Virus record (IMG/VR): IMGVR_UViG_3300025617_000013
Location: 23,664-87,663 of that record
DNA from: a virus
Length of the DNA stretch: 64,000 nucleotides
Strand: one strand, 5' to 3'
Positions 47,217 to 57,645 of the stretch are shown here, piece after piece. The position numbers were made by a program, and so were the translations under genes. Positions within the stretch are counted from its first letter, which is position 1. Each line of letters begins with the position of its first letter. Under the pieces are notes generated by a model. It saw only the letters and a program-made list of their open reading frames with translations, was not told the DNA's origin and ran no database searches.

Positions 47217-50200
47217 ATGAAAATATTTGACCCAAAATTAACAGGAAGTATAGAAATCCTTAACACCATAAGCGGTAGTGTTGAAATACAACAAGATTTA
47301 ACAGTAGGGGGAACTATATTTGGAGATATAGAAGGAAGTATAGAGGGTACTGCAGCAACAGCTTCTTACGTAGAATTTAACAGTGTAGATGGATTATCTA
47401 CTTTTTCATCAAGTATTGAAGATAGAGTAACTTTACAAGAAGAATTTAGTTCTTCTTTAGACAGTACTTTTGCAACAGATACAGCAGTGGCAACTGCAGT
47501 TTTAAGCCTCAATGCTGCTACATCCTCATACCTACTTAACACCACAGATACGTTAGATGGGGATTTAACTGTGACAGGAACAATAACTGCTCAAGAATTT
47601 CATACAGAATATGTTAGTGCTTCTATTATTTATCAATCAGGATCAACACAGTTTGGAGATACTTCTGATGACACTCACATTTTTACCGGCAATATTGGTA
47701 TAGGCACGAATAGTCCTATACAAAAATTAGATGTAAATGGAAATATAGTTTCTAATTCATTTTATTTATATGATTCAACATCTAATGATAGAAACGTAAT
47801 GTTCCTTGACGGTTCAGATAATTTATTACTAGCAACAGGGACAAGTACTGGAGCAAGATCAATGCTTTTTTATACTGAAAACGCAGAACGTATGCGTATT
47901 GATTCTACGGGTAACGTAGGTATAGGAACGAGTAGTCCTGTAAGAAAACTTGATGTAAATAGTGGAGTTTCTTCTGATATAGTGAGGTTTGGAAATAATA
48001 GTGGAGCAATGACTTTTGGTCAAACACCTAATCAGTCAAGTCTTGACCTTGCTTCAAGCAACGTTTTTAGAATTAGACAAGGCTCTTCAATTCCATTTAT
48101 ATTAAGTTCAAGTGGTAATGTAGGTATCGGAACGACTAGTCCAGGTAGATTGCTTGAAGTTTATGGGGCTCTTGATGGTTATATTAAAGTCAATGGGGGC
48201 CGTTCTGGTAATCACGGTTTTACACTTGGTTCAGATGCATACGGTTTTATTATTTTTGACGATACATTAAGTAATTATAGATTTGTTATTGAACAAGACT
48301 CAGGCAACGTCGGGATCGGAACAGCTAATCCAAATGGAAAATTAGACGTGCAATCATCTAACACAGGAAATTTACTTTCTAGAGTTTACAACCCTAACAC
48401 CGGTGCTAGTTCTTCTGCTTCTTTTAGAATAGCTTCTGCCGCAAACAACGCAAACTCTGCTAGATTAGAATTTTCTGACGCTAGTTATTATACAGCTACA
48501 ATATCAGGAGATAGAGTTCAGGGGCTAGTTTTTAGAACATCAGCAACTGGGAGTAACCCCACTACGGTCCCTGAGAGAATGCGTATTGAATCAGATGGTA
48601 TAATTAGTATAGGTGAAGGTGCTACACAATCTTGGATAGCTAATAAAGTACAGACTACAACCACTGCAGTTTCAGGGAAGCAGGACATGTCTGACATAGA
48701 CAGAACCACAGCCAATTGGATGAGGATTACTAATCCTGTTTATTCAACAAATGGTTCTGTAGGTTTAATAATGCGTACTTTCCCAAATTCAGATGCAAGG
48801 CAGGGTGCTGGTATAATAGCTTCAGGAGGATCTGATAACGCGGCTACGGATTTAGATTTATTTGTTAGTCAACAAACATCTGGTGCTACAACGAGTACAT
48901 CATATTCTGCTCTATCGATAAAAGGTAACACAGGTAACGTAGGTATAGGTAACACAACACCTTCTGCTAACCTATATGTTTCCGGAGCAAATGGAGATGC
49001 GACTACTAAAGCAGAAATGCAATCAAACTCAGTATTTACTATAAAACCTTCTGCAACAAATTCTGGTAATTTAAATTTTGCTCAAGTAGATGGGGGTAAT
49101 TCAATAGGTATTCAATTTACAAACGGTGCAGGAACATCAGATTGGGATATAGCACTGAATCCATTTGGAGGTAACGTAGGTATAGGGGTAACTGCTCCAA
49201 GTGAGAAACTAGAAGTAGCAGGAAATGCTATTTTAGATGCCAGTAATGCTAGGTTGAAAATTAAAGGAGGTGTAACAGGAACTAATAGCGGTATAGATTG
49301 GACTTTTAATTCAGATTCAACACAGTATGCTAAAATAGAATTAGACTATGATACTAGAGCTACTACCGGACTATTGATAGATTCAGGATACCCGATGACC
49401 TTAGATTACAGTAGCGGTACTTTTAGTATTAAGAAAAATGGCTCAAGTGAGTTAACAATTCTAAATGGCAACGTAGGTATCGGAACGACTAGTCCGGGCT
49501 ATAAACTTGAGATAGATGGCACCCTTAAATCTACAGGTTGGGGTTATTTAGCCACTACGGGAGCTACAAGTATTGTAAATATTGGAAGCTCTAATGCAGC
49601 AGTGACGCAATTAAATCTCTCAACTTCGTCTTCGGGAGGCAGCACGGTAGCTGCTACAAATTCATTATCAATAAGCGTAAATAATACGACAGCAGCAAAA
49701 ATCCTGTCAAACGGAAATATAGGCATCGGAACGACTAGTCCTTCTGAAGCGCTGCACATATATCGCAATGCAGCATCTGCTGAGATAAGACTTCAGAACA
49801 ACAATATTAGCTCCTACATAAGAAGTAATACAGACAATTTAAACTTCTATGTATTTAATGGGGAGAAGATGCGTATCACCTTAGGTGGCAACGTAGGTAT
49901 AGGTACTACAAGCCCAAATTGCATGCTGGACGTTCAAGGGAACTCATCTTTTGGTTCTATAAAAAGCCTACAAGGAACATACCACCAGCCTAATAAGTGG
50001 CAAAAAGTTATAAGTTTTACTTATTCTGCATTTAGTTTTGATTCGTTTACTTTGATTGTTAATGAGGGAGGAGATACAGGTAATTACAATTCAAATGCTG
50101 AAGTATACATACATTATAAGTTCCAAAATAATAACGGTAGAATAGTAGCAAACATAATTAATTATGGAGATAAACCTATACTAGCTGAAAACTTTGAAAT

Positions 50201-51197
50201 TTATAAAACCGGTACAACTAACGGTACAATCACTATCTACCATAAGATGGTAAGGAATTACCAAACACCAAGTTACACACTTTTAGGACCTACAGTTAAT
50301 ATAGATTATACCTGGCACGGTACAGTAGTCGGTGATGACTTATCATCAGAAACAAACGACCCTTGGTTTATAAAAGATATTACAAACGGGTTAACCATCA
50401 ATGGAAGATCTGGTAATGTAGGTATAGGAAAAACTAGTCCTTCCTATAAACTTGATATAGATGGAGGATCATCAGTTCCACTACAGGTAAATTCTACTCA
50501 AGATTATATGATAGGTTTATCTAGATCTGGGGTATCTCAATGGTGGTTAAAAGCTTATACTAATGGAGCATTTGCTCTACATGAAAACGGAGTTGGTGAT
50601 CAAATATATATTCCAGGTGGCGGTAACGTAGGTATAGGTACAACAGCACCTGGTGAAAAACTTGATGTCAACGGGGCTGTACAAGCTGTAGCATATAAAG
50701 CTACAGGAGGAGGAACTTCCACTTTCGGTACGATGACTAAGGTATATCAAGATCTACATAAAAGATCTTTTGTTACAACTCATAATTTTACTTATGCTGG
50801 GACAGGTACATATTACTTTAACTTAGCTTTCCCAGCTTCCGGTACTATCGGATTTAACTTAAAGATTGTTACCAGTAGAAATGGTAACTGGAGAAATTTT
50901 GGATATATCGATCATCAAGGTTTCGTATATTGGGAAACAGATGGTGATTTTGTACACGAAGCAGGGGTAACCTCAATAGCATCAAGTCATGGAGGAGGTA
51001 TTACAGTAGGTAATCCGACTGGCTTTGGAGCTAATAGTATCTCAGCTTCAACCCCCGGCTCCCTTAATTACAACTACATGATCGTTAGATTTCCTATATA
51101 CTTCCCAGACGGTACCACCGGATCAGATGGATTCTGGAAAGTTCATTTAGATACTTATGGATACACCGGAGATACAGCATACTTCTTAAAAGCATAA
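47217..51197 (+). CDS. Tail fibre protein 1 (GNVGIGTTSP repeats)
   Basis: Shared 'TTDTLDGDLTVTGTITAQEFHTE...GSTQFG' anchor plus about 11 GNVGIG repeats. Confidence 0.8.
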   Translation: MKIFDPKLTGSIEILNTISGSVEIQQDLTVGGTIFGDIEGSIEGTAATASYVEFNSVDGLSTFSSSIEDRVTLQEEFSSSLDSTFATDTAVATAVLSLNAATSSYLLNTTDTLDGDLTVTGTITAQEFHTEYVSASIIYQSGSTQFGDTSDDTHIFTGNIGIGTNSPIQKLDVNGNIVSNSFYLYDSTSNDRNVMFLDGSDNLLLATGTSTGARSMLFYTENAERMRIDSTGNVGIGTSSPVRKLDVNSGVSSDIVRFGNNSGAMTFGQTPNQSSLDLASSNVFRIRQGSSIPFILSSSGNVGIGTTSPGRLLEVYGALDGYIKVNGGRSGNHGFTLGSDAYGFIIFDDTLSNYRFVIEQDSGNVGIGTANPNGKLDVQSSNTGNLLSRVYNPNTGASSSASFRIASAANNANSARLEFSDASYYTATISGDRVQGLVFRTSATGSNPTTVPERMRIESDGIISIGEGATQSWIANKVQTTTTAVSGKQDMSDIDRTTANWMRITNPVYSTNGSVGLIMRTFPNSDARQGAGIIASGGSDNAATDLDLFVSQQTSGATTSTSYSALSIKGNTGNVGIGNTTPSANLYVSGANGDATTKAEMQSNSVFTIKPSATNSGNLNFAQVDGGNSIGIQFTNGAGTSDWDIALNPFGGNVGIGVTAPSEKLEVAGNAILDASNARLKIKGGVTGTNSGIDWTFNSDSTQYAKIELDYDTRATTGLLIDSGYPMTLDYSSGTFSIKKNGSSELTILNGNVGIGTTSPGYKLEIDGTLKSTGWGYLATTGATSIVNIGSSNAAVTQLNLSTSSSGGSTVAATNSLSISVNNTTAAKILSNGNIGIGTTSPSEALHIYRNAASAEIRLQNNNISSYIRSNTDNLNFYVFNGEKMRITLGGNVGIGTTSPNCMLDVQGNSSFGSIKSLQGTYHQPNKWQKVISFTYSAFSFDSFTLIVNEGGDTGNYNSNAEVYIHYKFQNNNGRIVANIINYGDKPILAENFEIYKTGTTNGTITIYHKMVRNYQTPSYTLLGPTVNIDYTWHGTVVGDDLSSETNDPWFIKDITNGLTINGRSGNVGIGKTSPSYKLDIDGGSSVPLQVNSTQDYMIGLSRSGVSQWWLKAYTNGAFALHENGVGDQIYIPGGGNVGIGTTAPGEKLDVNGAVQAVAYKATGGGTSTFGTMTKVYQDLHKRSFVTTHNFTYAGTGTYYFNLAFPASGTIGFNLKIVTSRNGNWRNFGYIDHQGFVYWETDGDFVHEAGVTSIASSHGGGITVGNPTGFGANSISASTPGSLNYNYMIVRFPIYFPDGTTGSDGFWKVHLDTYGYTGDTAYFLKA

Positions 51198-51231
51198 AAT
51201 ATTTATAATAAAATAACCAAAGAATGATAAT
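51195..51231 (+). repeat. 37-nt exact repeat (stop codon, TATTTATA, ATG), copy 1
   Basis: TAAAATATTTATAATAAAATAACCAAAGAATGATAAT, identical to 57609..57645. Confidence 0.9.
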
Positions 51232-53935
51232 TTACGATCCTTACCTAACCGGAAGTTTGACAATAAATGGAGCTTTAGTAGACTCTTTAGGAAACTTAGA
51301 TAACATATCTTCTTCGGTACACTCTCTAACACAAGACTCTGCTTCTTTTTCAACAAGAGTATCTTCAACAGAAGGTAATATAACAGCTTTAAATGCTGCT
51401 TCATCATCATATGCATTAAAGACTGAAATAAGTGGATCATTTACTTCGGTATCGCAATCATTTGCTTCAGAAAGACTTAAGAATACTACAGATATACTTA
51501 ATGGTGATTTAACTGTAACAGGAACGATCACAGCACAGGAGTTCCACACCGAGTTTGTAAGTGCTAGTATTCTTTATCAAAGCGGTTCAACACAATTCGG
51601 TAATTCAACTGATGATGAACATAACTTTACCGGAACTTTAACTAATACAGGGAATGTAGGTATAGGTACGACTGATCCTAGTACTAAGTTAGAAGTTAAT
51701 GAACAAACAGCTAATACTTCTGCTTATATTACAGTGGACTCATTAAGTTGGAATGCAGGTATAAGTTTAAAAAATGGGAATGGAACTTGGGAAATATTAA
51801 ATGACTACACAGGATTAGGGACTACTGATACATTAGGTTTCTTTAATAATGGTTATCATATGGTTATTGATAATACAGGTAAAGTAGGTATAGGCACAAG
51901 TAGTCCCGCAAAAAAACTTGACGTAAATGGAACAGTTAGAGGTTTAACCTTAGTTGCAGATGACACTACTGTTCAGACGGGTTTTAACGGCAATTCTTTA
52001 ATACAAATAAGCAGGGGAGCAGCACCTTCTTATTTACAGTTTATTTCCCCAACTAATCAACAACAAGGTATTTTATTTGGAGATACAGATGATACTGTTA
52101 TGGGATCTGTTAGATATGACCATACAGGGGATTATATGTGGTTTGAGGCTAATAACGCAGAACGTATGCGTATTGACTCAAGCGGTAAAGTAGGTATAGG
52201 TGCTACAAATCCTACTGAAAAATTAACTGTAAATGGAAATATAAACTTTCCGTTTGATACGACAGGTGCATATTATTTTGGAATTCAGCCTTCTCCTTCA
52301 AACCCATTTTCAACCAGTGCAAGGGAACTTATAATAAGAGGAGCTAATGCCTATCAAGGGGCAAATCCTTCACAAGCGCAAGCAGGTGGGGATGTTTATA
52401 TAAAAGGAGGTTATTCCATAGCTAATACAGGTATTGGTGCGTATGCTGGAGATGTAAATATAGAGGGGGGAGAAACTCATACTGGCGGTACAGATGGAGC
52501 AGGTATAATTACGCTTAAGACCGCAGGAACAGAACGTATGCGTATTAATTCCGGTGGCAACGTAGGTATAGGTATTACGAACCCAACTGAAGCACTTACA
52601 GTGCAAGACTCAATCGGAGTTCAACTTGGCTTTAAAAGATTCTACTCAGGATTCGGTACTGTACCAGCTGGCGTAGGTTCAGCTTATAATTTACCTGTTA
52701 CATTAAATCAGGCACAAGGAACTACATTAACCTCTACATATCAATATAAGATATTTTTAACCACTACAGGTACAGGTACATATAATAGTTCCGTATACAT
52801 TATATATATCAATAGTGATGCATCTGCTTGGGTAGGAAGGGAGTTATCTAGAAGCGGCACCTCAAGTAACCACCCGGAATTAGATATAATTAATGGTAGC
52901 GCGGTAATATTTAATGATCATCCGAACGCTTACGGTGTTTATTATAGAGTAGAGACAACCCATACAGGTCAAGCTAAAACAAGTCCTAATATTTTTGGTA
53001 GTGACTTTATGTGGCAAAGGACAGATACCCGATTAACATATGAGGACGGTAACGTAGGTATAGGTACAAGTAATCCAAGTGCTAAGTTAGATGTTAATGG
53101 AATAACTAGAGTATCAGGAGATTTTGCTGGAACAGGTCAAAACCCATTAATACAGTTATATAATACAGATACTTCTTTAGGCGCAGATCAAATACTTGGT
53201 GATATTGATTTCTATCAGTCTGACGCTTCAGGAGGTGGAGCGGGCGTAGTTGGAAGGATAAGATCTATTAATGATAGTAATTTTAAAGGAGAAGCATCTT
53301 TAACATTTCATACTGGGGAAGCTAATGTAAGCTTTCAAGAACGTATGCGTATTACAAGTGGTGGGGCTGTTATAATTGGGACAGGAGGTGCATTTTCAGC
53401 AGGTAGTGGAAACATACAAATTAATCGTTCACCTGATGGTGGTTATATTCAAACAAGTGCTGTATTAACTTCAGCAGTAGACCAAAGATACTTTTACAAC
53501 CCAAATGGATTAGTTGGTAGAATAGAAACATCAGGTTCTTCAACTTCTTATATAACTACTTCTGACTATAGATTAAAAGAAAATGTAATACCATTAACAA
53601 ATGCTTTAGATAGATTAGATGCTCTTAAACCTTCTCGCTTTAACTTTATAGCAGATGGTAACAAAACAGTAGACGGATTTTTAGCACACGAAGTACAAGA
53701 TATAGTTCCTGAAGCTATTAGTGGAGAAAAAGATGCTACCGAAGAATATGAAGTTACACCTGCCATTTTAGACGAAGAAGGTAATGTAAGTGAAGAAGCG
53801 GTAATGGGAACAAGAGACGTTTATCAAGGAATAGATCAATCTAAAATAGTACCTTTATTGACTGCTGCTTTACAAGAAGCAAACGCATTGATAAAAGAAT
53901 TACAGACTAGAGTACACAACTTAGAAAATAATTAA
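51224..53935 (+). CDS. Tail fibre protein 2 with C-terminal S74 chaperone domain
   Basis: Anchor domain, GNVGIG repeats and 'SDYRLKENV...LKPSRFNF...GFLAHEVQ...QGIDQSKIVPLL'. Confidence 0.85.
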   Translation: MIIYDPYLTGSLTINGALVDSLGNLDNISSSVHSLTQDSASFSTRVSSTEGNITALNAASSSYALKTEISGSFTSVSQSFASERLKNTTDILNGDLTVTGTITAQEFHTEFVSASILYQSGSTQFGNSTDDEHNFTGTLTNTGNVGIGTTDPSTKLEVNEQTANTSAYITVDSLSWNAGISLKNGNGTWEILNDYTGLGTTDTLGFFNNGYHMVIDNTGKVGIGTSSPAKKLDVNGTVRGLTLVADDTTVQTGFNGNSLIQISRGAAPSYLQFISPTNQQQGILFGDTDDTVMGSVRYDHTGDYMWFEANNAERMRIDSSGKVGIGATNPTEKLTVNGNINFPFDTTGAYYFGIQPSPSNPFSTSARELIIRGANAYQGANPSQAQAGGDVYIKGGYSIANTGIGAYAGDVNIEGGETHTGGTDGAGIITLKTAGTERMRINSGGNVGIGITNPTEALTVQDSIGVQLGFKRFYSGFGTVPAGVGSAYNLPVTLNQAQGTTLTSTYQYKIFLTTTGTGTYNSSVYIIYINSDASAWVGRELSRSGTSSNHPELDIINGSAVIFNDHPNAYGVYYRVETTHTGQAKTSPNIFGSDFMWQRTDTRLTYEDGNVGIGTSNPSAKLDVNGITRVSGDFAGTGQNPLIQLYNTDTSLGADQILGDIDFYQSDASGGGAGVVGRIRSINDSNFKGEASLTFHTGEANVSFQERMRITSGGAVIIGTGGAFSAGSGNIQINRSPDGGYIQTSAVLTSAVDQRYFYNPNGLVGRIETSGSSTSYITTSDYRLKENVIPLTNALDRLDALKPSRFNFIADGNKTVDGFLAHEVQDIVPEAISGEKDATEEYEVTPAILDEEGNVSEEAVMGTRDVYQGIDQSKIVPLLTAALQEANALIKELQTRVHNLENN

Positions 53936-53937
53936 TT

Positions 53938-54111
53938 ATGGCTTATAAAATCCTAAAACAATTCCAACCAAACTCTAAAAATGTTTGGGTAGAAAAATTA
54001 TCTAATGAAGATACACTAGATGTATTTGATACACAAGAATTAGCAGAGAATAAACTAAGTGAATTACAATCCTCAGATTCAACCAGAGAATATAAAATTG
54101 TAGAGGTCTAA
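53938..54111 (+). CDS. 57-aa small protein (not in the ORF track)
   Basis: MAYKILKQFQPNSKNVWVEKLSNEDTLDVFDTQELAENKLSELQSSDSTREYKIVEV; fills the gap after fibre 2. Confidence 0.7.
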   Translation: MAYKILKQFQPNSKNVWVEKLSNEDTLDVFDTQELAENKLSELQSSDSTREYKIVEV

Positions 54112-54172
54112 TACACTCAACAGTCCTATTTATTAGTATATCCCTTTTGGATAGTGAAAAAAGGACTGTAAC

Positions 54173-57100
54173 ATGGCAAATAAATTTGTAGCCCGTAAAG
54201 GGTTAATCTCATTAGATGATACTGAAATAACAGGATCTCTAAGTATCACTGAAAACATAATCGCCGCCGGCACTATTCAAGCAGCTTTTGCTGGGAGTAC
54301 CTCTACGGCTATATCTGGAGCATTTACAGATGTATCTAGTTCTCTATCAGGACGAATTACTTCTAATGAAGTAAGTGTTAGTTCTCTAAATTCTAATACT
54401 TCTTCTTATGCATTAAAAACAGATATTACCGGATCATTCACCGATGTATCAGCATCAATAACCTCAGAGAGGTTAAAAAATACTACAGATACTTTAGACG
54501 GAGATCTTACAGTTACAGGAACAATTACTGCACAGGAATTTCATACAGAATTAGTTTCTGCTTCTATCATATATGAATCAGGTTCAACACAATTTGGTAA
54601 TTCATCGGATGATACTCATAGTTTTACTGGTACTCTGACTAATACAGGAAATGTAGGTATCGGGACGACTAGTCCTTTTGATTCTAAATTACAAGTAGTT
54701 GGAAGAATTAGAGCAGCAGGTGGAACAAGTGGAGGGTATTTCTTTGGTTCAGAAGAATTTGACGGAGGTTTTTACGCTCCTTCGGATGGTAATTTAGCTT
54801 TTAGCACAAACGGTACTGAAAGAATACGTATTGATGGTAATGGCAACGTAGGTATCGGGACGACTAGTCCTTTGCATCTACTTCACGTTAACGGAGCTTC
54901 AGACGGTAACTCTATTTACACTGCAATGTTACAAAATACTGGAACTGCACCTAATACCGCAAGTAAATTATTATTTGTTCAAGGTGGAAGTACGATAAGA
55001 GGTGCGGTAATTGGTGGATTACAAGAAGCCACAGCTGGCTCTCCTACATCTATGGTTTTTGAAACATCTGCAGCTTATGCTACTCCTACAGAAAAAATGC
55101 GTATTACTTCAGATGGTAACGTAGGTATCGGAACGACTAGTCCTACTTCAGCTAAATTAGTAGTTGCTGGAGATCTGGATGTTTGGAGCTCCACAAACAC
55201 ACTTTTAAGATCTGCACATAATGGAAGTTTCGGAAGCTTACAAACTTACACGGGCGGCGCATATGGAATTTTAACACTTAATCCAGGAGGCGGCAACGTC
55301 GGGATCGGTACGACTTCGCCTAGCAAAAAGCTTGACGTAGATGGTGCTATAAGAACACGTAATAGCTTTAACGTATCCGATGGTACCACGCAAATTGGAG
55401 GATTATTTCCTTACAAAGTTATTACAGGTGCTGGAACTGATAATTCATTGGCATTATTTACTGAAAATGGGTTAGACCTTCACTTTATGACAGACGGAAG
55501 CATTTCGTCTAAAATGATTATAAAATCAGGTGGCAACGTAGGTATCGGGACGACTAGTCCTGGGGCTAAGTTAGATGTAGAGGATTCTGGTGCTGATTTA
55601 ATTGATTTAACTAGAACTTCTGTAGGTACTTATAGATTAGCTATTTCTGGGAACGATAGATTTTCTATATATGACGTTGGAGAATCTTCTGAAAGATTAA
55701 GTATCACTAGCACTGGCAACGTAGGTATAGGTACAACTTCTCCAGACACACCTTTACATATTGATTATGAACAGTCATCCTTAGCAGGAAATTCGTGGAT
55801 TGGATTACATGTAGACAGATCGTATGCATCAACAGCAGGATTTTATACAGGTTTAGCTCTGACAGCATATCAAAATAAAGGAGCATTGATAGGAGCAGAC
55901 GGTAACCAAAACTTAATGTTCTTCAATTATGACGGAGTAAACAATGTTACTACATCTGAAGCAATGCGACTAAATGCTAATGGAGTTTTAAACATCTACA
56001 AAGGAAGTTCCTCTAATGACAATATTAGATTTTATAATACAGACGGTAACTACGCCTACATTAGAACTACATCAGCTAATAATTTGAATAATGTTTGGTT
56101 TGACGGTACGCTAGGGTGTATACAGTGGTATGCTTGGGATAACCCAGGAGGAGCAAGAACAGCCGATACTTATACAACACATTATTTCGGTATCGGAAGA
56201 GGTACAGATTATGAATCTGTTAGGATTGAAAGAGGGGTTATAACCGGTAAAGAAAATAGTAATACCGATAGGTATAAAATAAACCCAGTAGGTGATAGTT
56301 ACTTTAATGGTGGTAACGTAGGTATAGGTACGAGCAGCCCTGATGCTAATCTAGAGATTTCTAAAAATGCTGGAGCAGACCCTGGCCCAGTTGATGAGCC
56401 AGTTACACTCAGGTTAACAGACGCAGGAAATGCTGCGAACGGATTAGGCGATACAACAAATCCTTGGGCTGAAATTCAATTCTATAGCGAAGATGCTTCT
56501 TCAGGTGGACCATCTATACAAGCTAAAATAGCTACAATATATGATGATATTTATTCTGCAGGTTCTCACATAGTATTTTATAATACATCAACTCCAACTA
56601 ACGGGTTATCGGAAAGGATGCGTATTAATTCTGTAGGTAATGTAAGCATAGGAACTGCAGCAGTAGCATCAGCAAATGCAGCTGCAGATAATTTTGTTAT
56701 TAAAGGAGAAGGAACCGCAGTAGGTTTGACAATATCAAATTCTGTAAACTCAGGAACAGGTACAATCTTTTTTGGAGATGCAGCAAGTTCAACAGTAGCA
56801 GGTTTTAGATATAATCATAATACTGGAGATATGGCAGTAGCTTTTGAAGATGATATTACCTTTAGTTCCAGCGGTTACGAAAAAGCTCGTATTCTATCAA
56901 GTGGAGGTATTACCTTCAACGGTGATACTTCTACTTCAAATGCTCTTGATGATTATGAAGAAGGGACTTTTACTCCAGTAATCGGAGATGGAACATATAC
57001 GTATTCCAATAGAAGAGGACATTATGTTAAAATAGGTAATTTAGTTTATGTTCATATAGGATTAAGATTAGCATCAGCATCTCCCGGTTCAAGCACGGCA

Positions 57101-57349
57101 AATATAAGTGGTTTACCTTTTACTAGCGCAAATTTCGGGTCTTATCAAGAACCTCATACAAGAGTAGGAATGGCAGGCTTATGTGTAACAGCTAACTTAT
57201 CCTACAATTTGAGTTTTTACATTGCTAGCAATAACAGTGTAATTTATGCTAGAACATCAGCTAGTAACGTAGACTCCCCAGTAGCTTCAAATCAACTATG
57301 GAAAGCAGGAACTTTTATAAAATACCAGTTAATTTATACAGTTAGTTAA
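54173..57349 (+). CDS. Tail fibre protein 3
   Basis: Anchor domain, GNVGIG repeats and C-terminal 'NALDDYEEGTFTP...YVKIGNLV...GLPFTS' tip domain. Confidence 0.8.
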   Translation: MANKFVARKGLISLDDTEITGSLSITENIIAAGTIQAAFAGSTSTAISGAFTDVSSSLSGRITSNEVSVSSLNSNTSSYALKTDITGSFTDVSASITSERLKNTTDTLDGDLTVTGTITAQEFHTELVSASIIYESGSTQFGNSSDDTHSFTGTLTNTGNVGIGTTSPFDSKLQVVGRIRAAGGTSGGYFFGSEEFDGGFYAPSDGNLAFSTNGTERIRIDGNGNVGIGTTSPLHLLHVNGASDGNSIYTAMLQNTGTAPNTASKLLFVQGGSTIRGAVIGGLQEATAGSPTSMVFETSAAYATPTEKMRITSDGNVGIGTTSPTSAKLVVAGDLDVWSSTNTLLRSAHNGSFGSLQTYTGGAYGILTLNPGGGNVGIGTTSPSKKLDVDGAIRTRNSFNVSDGTTQIGGLFPYKVITGAGTDNSLALFTENGLDLHFMTDGSISSKMIIKSGGNVGIGTTSPGAKLDVEDSGADLIDLTRTSVGTYRLAISGNDRFSIYDVGESSERLSITSTGNVGIGTTSPDTPLHIDYEQSSLAGNSWIGLHVDRSYASTAGFYTGLALTAYQNKGALIGADGNQNLMFFNYDGVNNVTTSEAMRLNANGVLNIYKGSSSNDNIRFYNTDGNYAYIRTTSANNLNNVWFDGTLGCIQWYAWDNPGGARTADTYTTHYFGIGRGTDYESVRIERGVITGKENSNTDRYKINPVGDSYFNGGNVGIGTSSPDANLEISKNAGADPGPVDEPVTLRLTDAGNAANGLGDTTNPWAEIQFYSEDASSGGPSIQAKIATIYDDIYSAGSHIVFYNTSTPTNGLSERMRINSVGNVSIGTAAVASANAAADNFVIKGEGTAVGLTISNSVNSGTGTIFFGDAASSTVAGFRYNHNTGDMAVAFEDDITFSSSGYEKARILSSGGITFNGDTSTSNALDDYEEGTFTPVIGDGTYTYSNRRGHYVKIGNLVYVHIGLRLASASPGSSTANISGLPFTSANFGSYQEPHTRVGMAGLCVTANLSYNLSFYIASNNSVIYARTSASNVDSPVASNQLWKAGTFIKYQLIYTVS

Positions 57350-57359
57350 GATTTATATT

Positions 57360-57611
57360 ATGGCAATAACAAAAACAATAACAATCGACAAAATTGAAAT
57401 CGTAGGAGATTTTAAGAACATTCAAGTAAGACAAGCTTCTGTTATCGAAGAAGATGGTGTTGAGCTTACAAGAAGCTTTCATAGGTATGTATTATCTCCG
57501 GGTAATGATCTTACAGAACAACCTACAGAGATACAGTCTATCGCTAATGTAGTTTGGACAGAAGAAATTATTACAGCATACCAAGCCTCTCAAGAACAAA
57601 CAGTAGAGTAA
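57360..57611 (+). CDS. 83-aa putative fibre assembly/tip partner protein
   Basis: Follows fibre 3; paralogue of 61751. Confidence 0.65.
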   Translation: MAITKTITIDKIEIVGDFKNIQVRQASVIEEDGVELTRSFHRYVLSPGNDLTEQPTEIQSIANVVWTEEIITAYQASQEQTVE

Positions 57612-57645
57612 AATATTTATAATAAAATAACCAAAGAATGATAAT
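57609..57645 (+). repeat. 37-nt exact repeat (stop codon, TATTTATA, ATG), copy 2
   Basis: Identical to 51195..51231. Confidence 0.9.
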
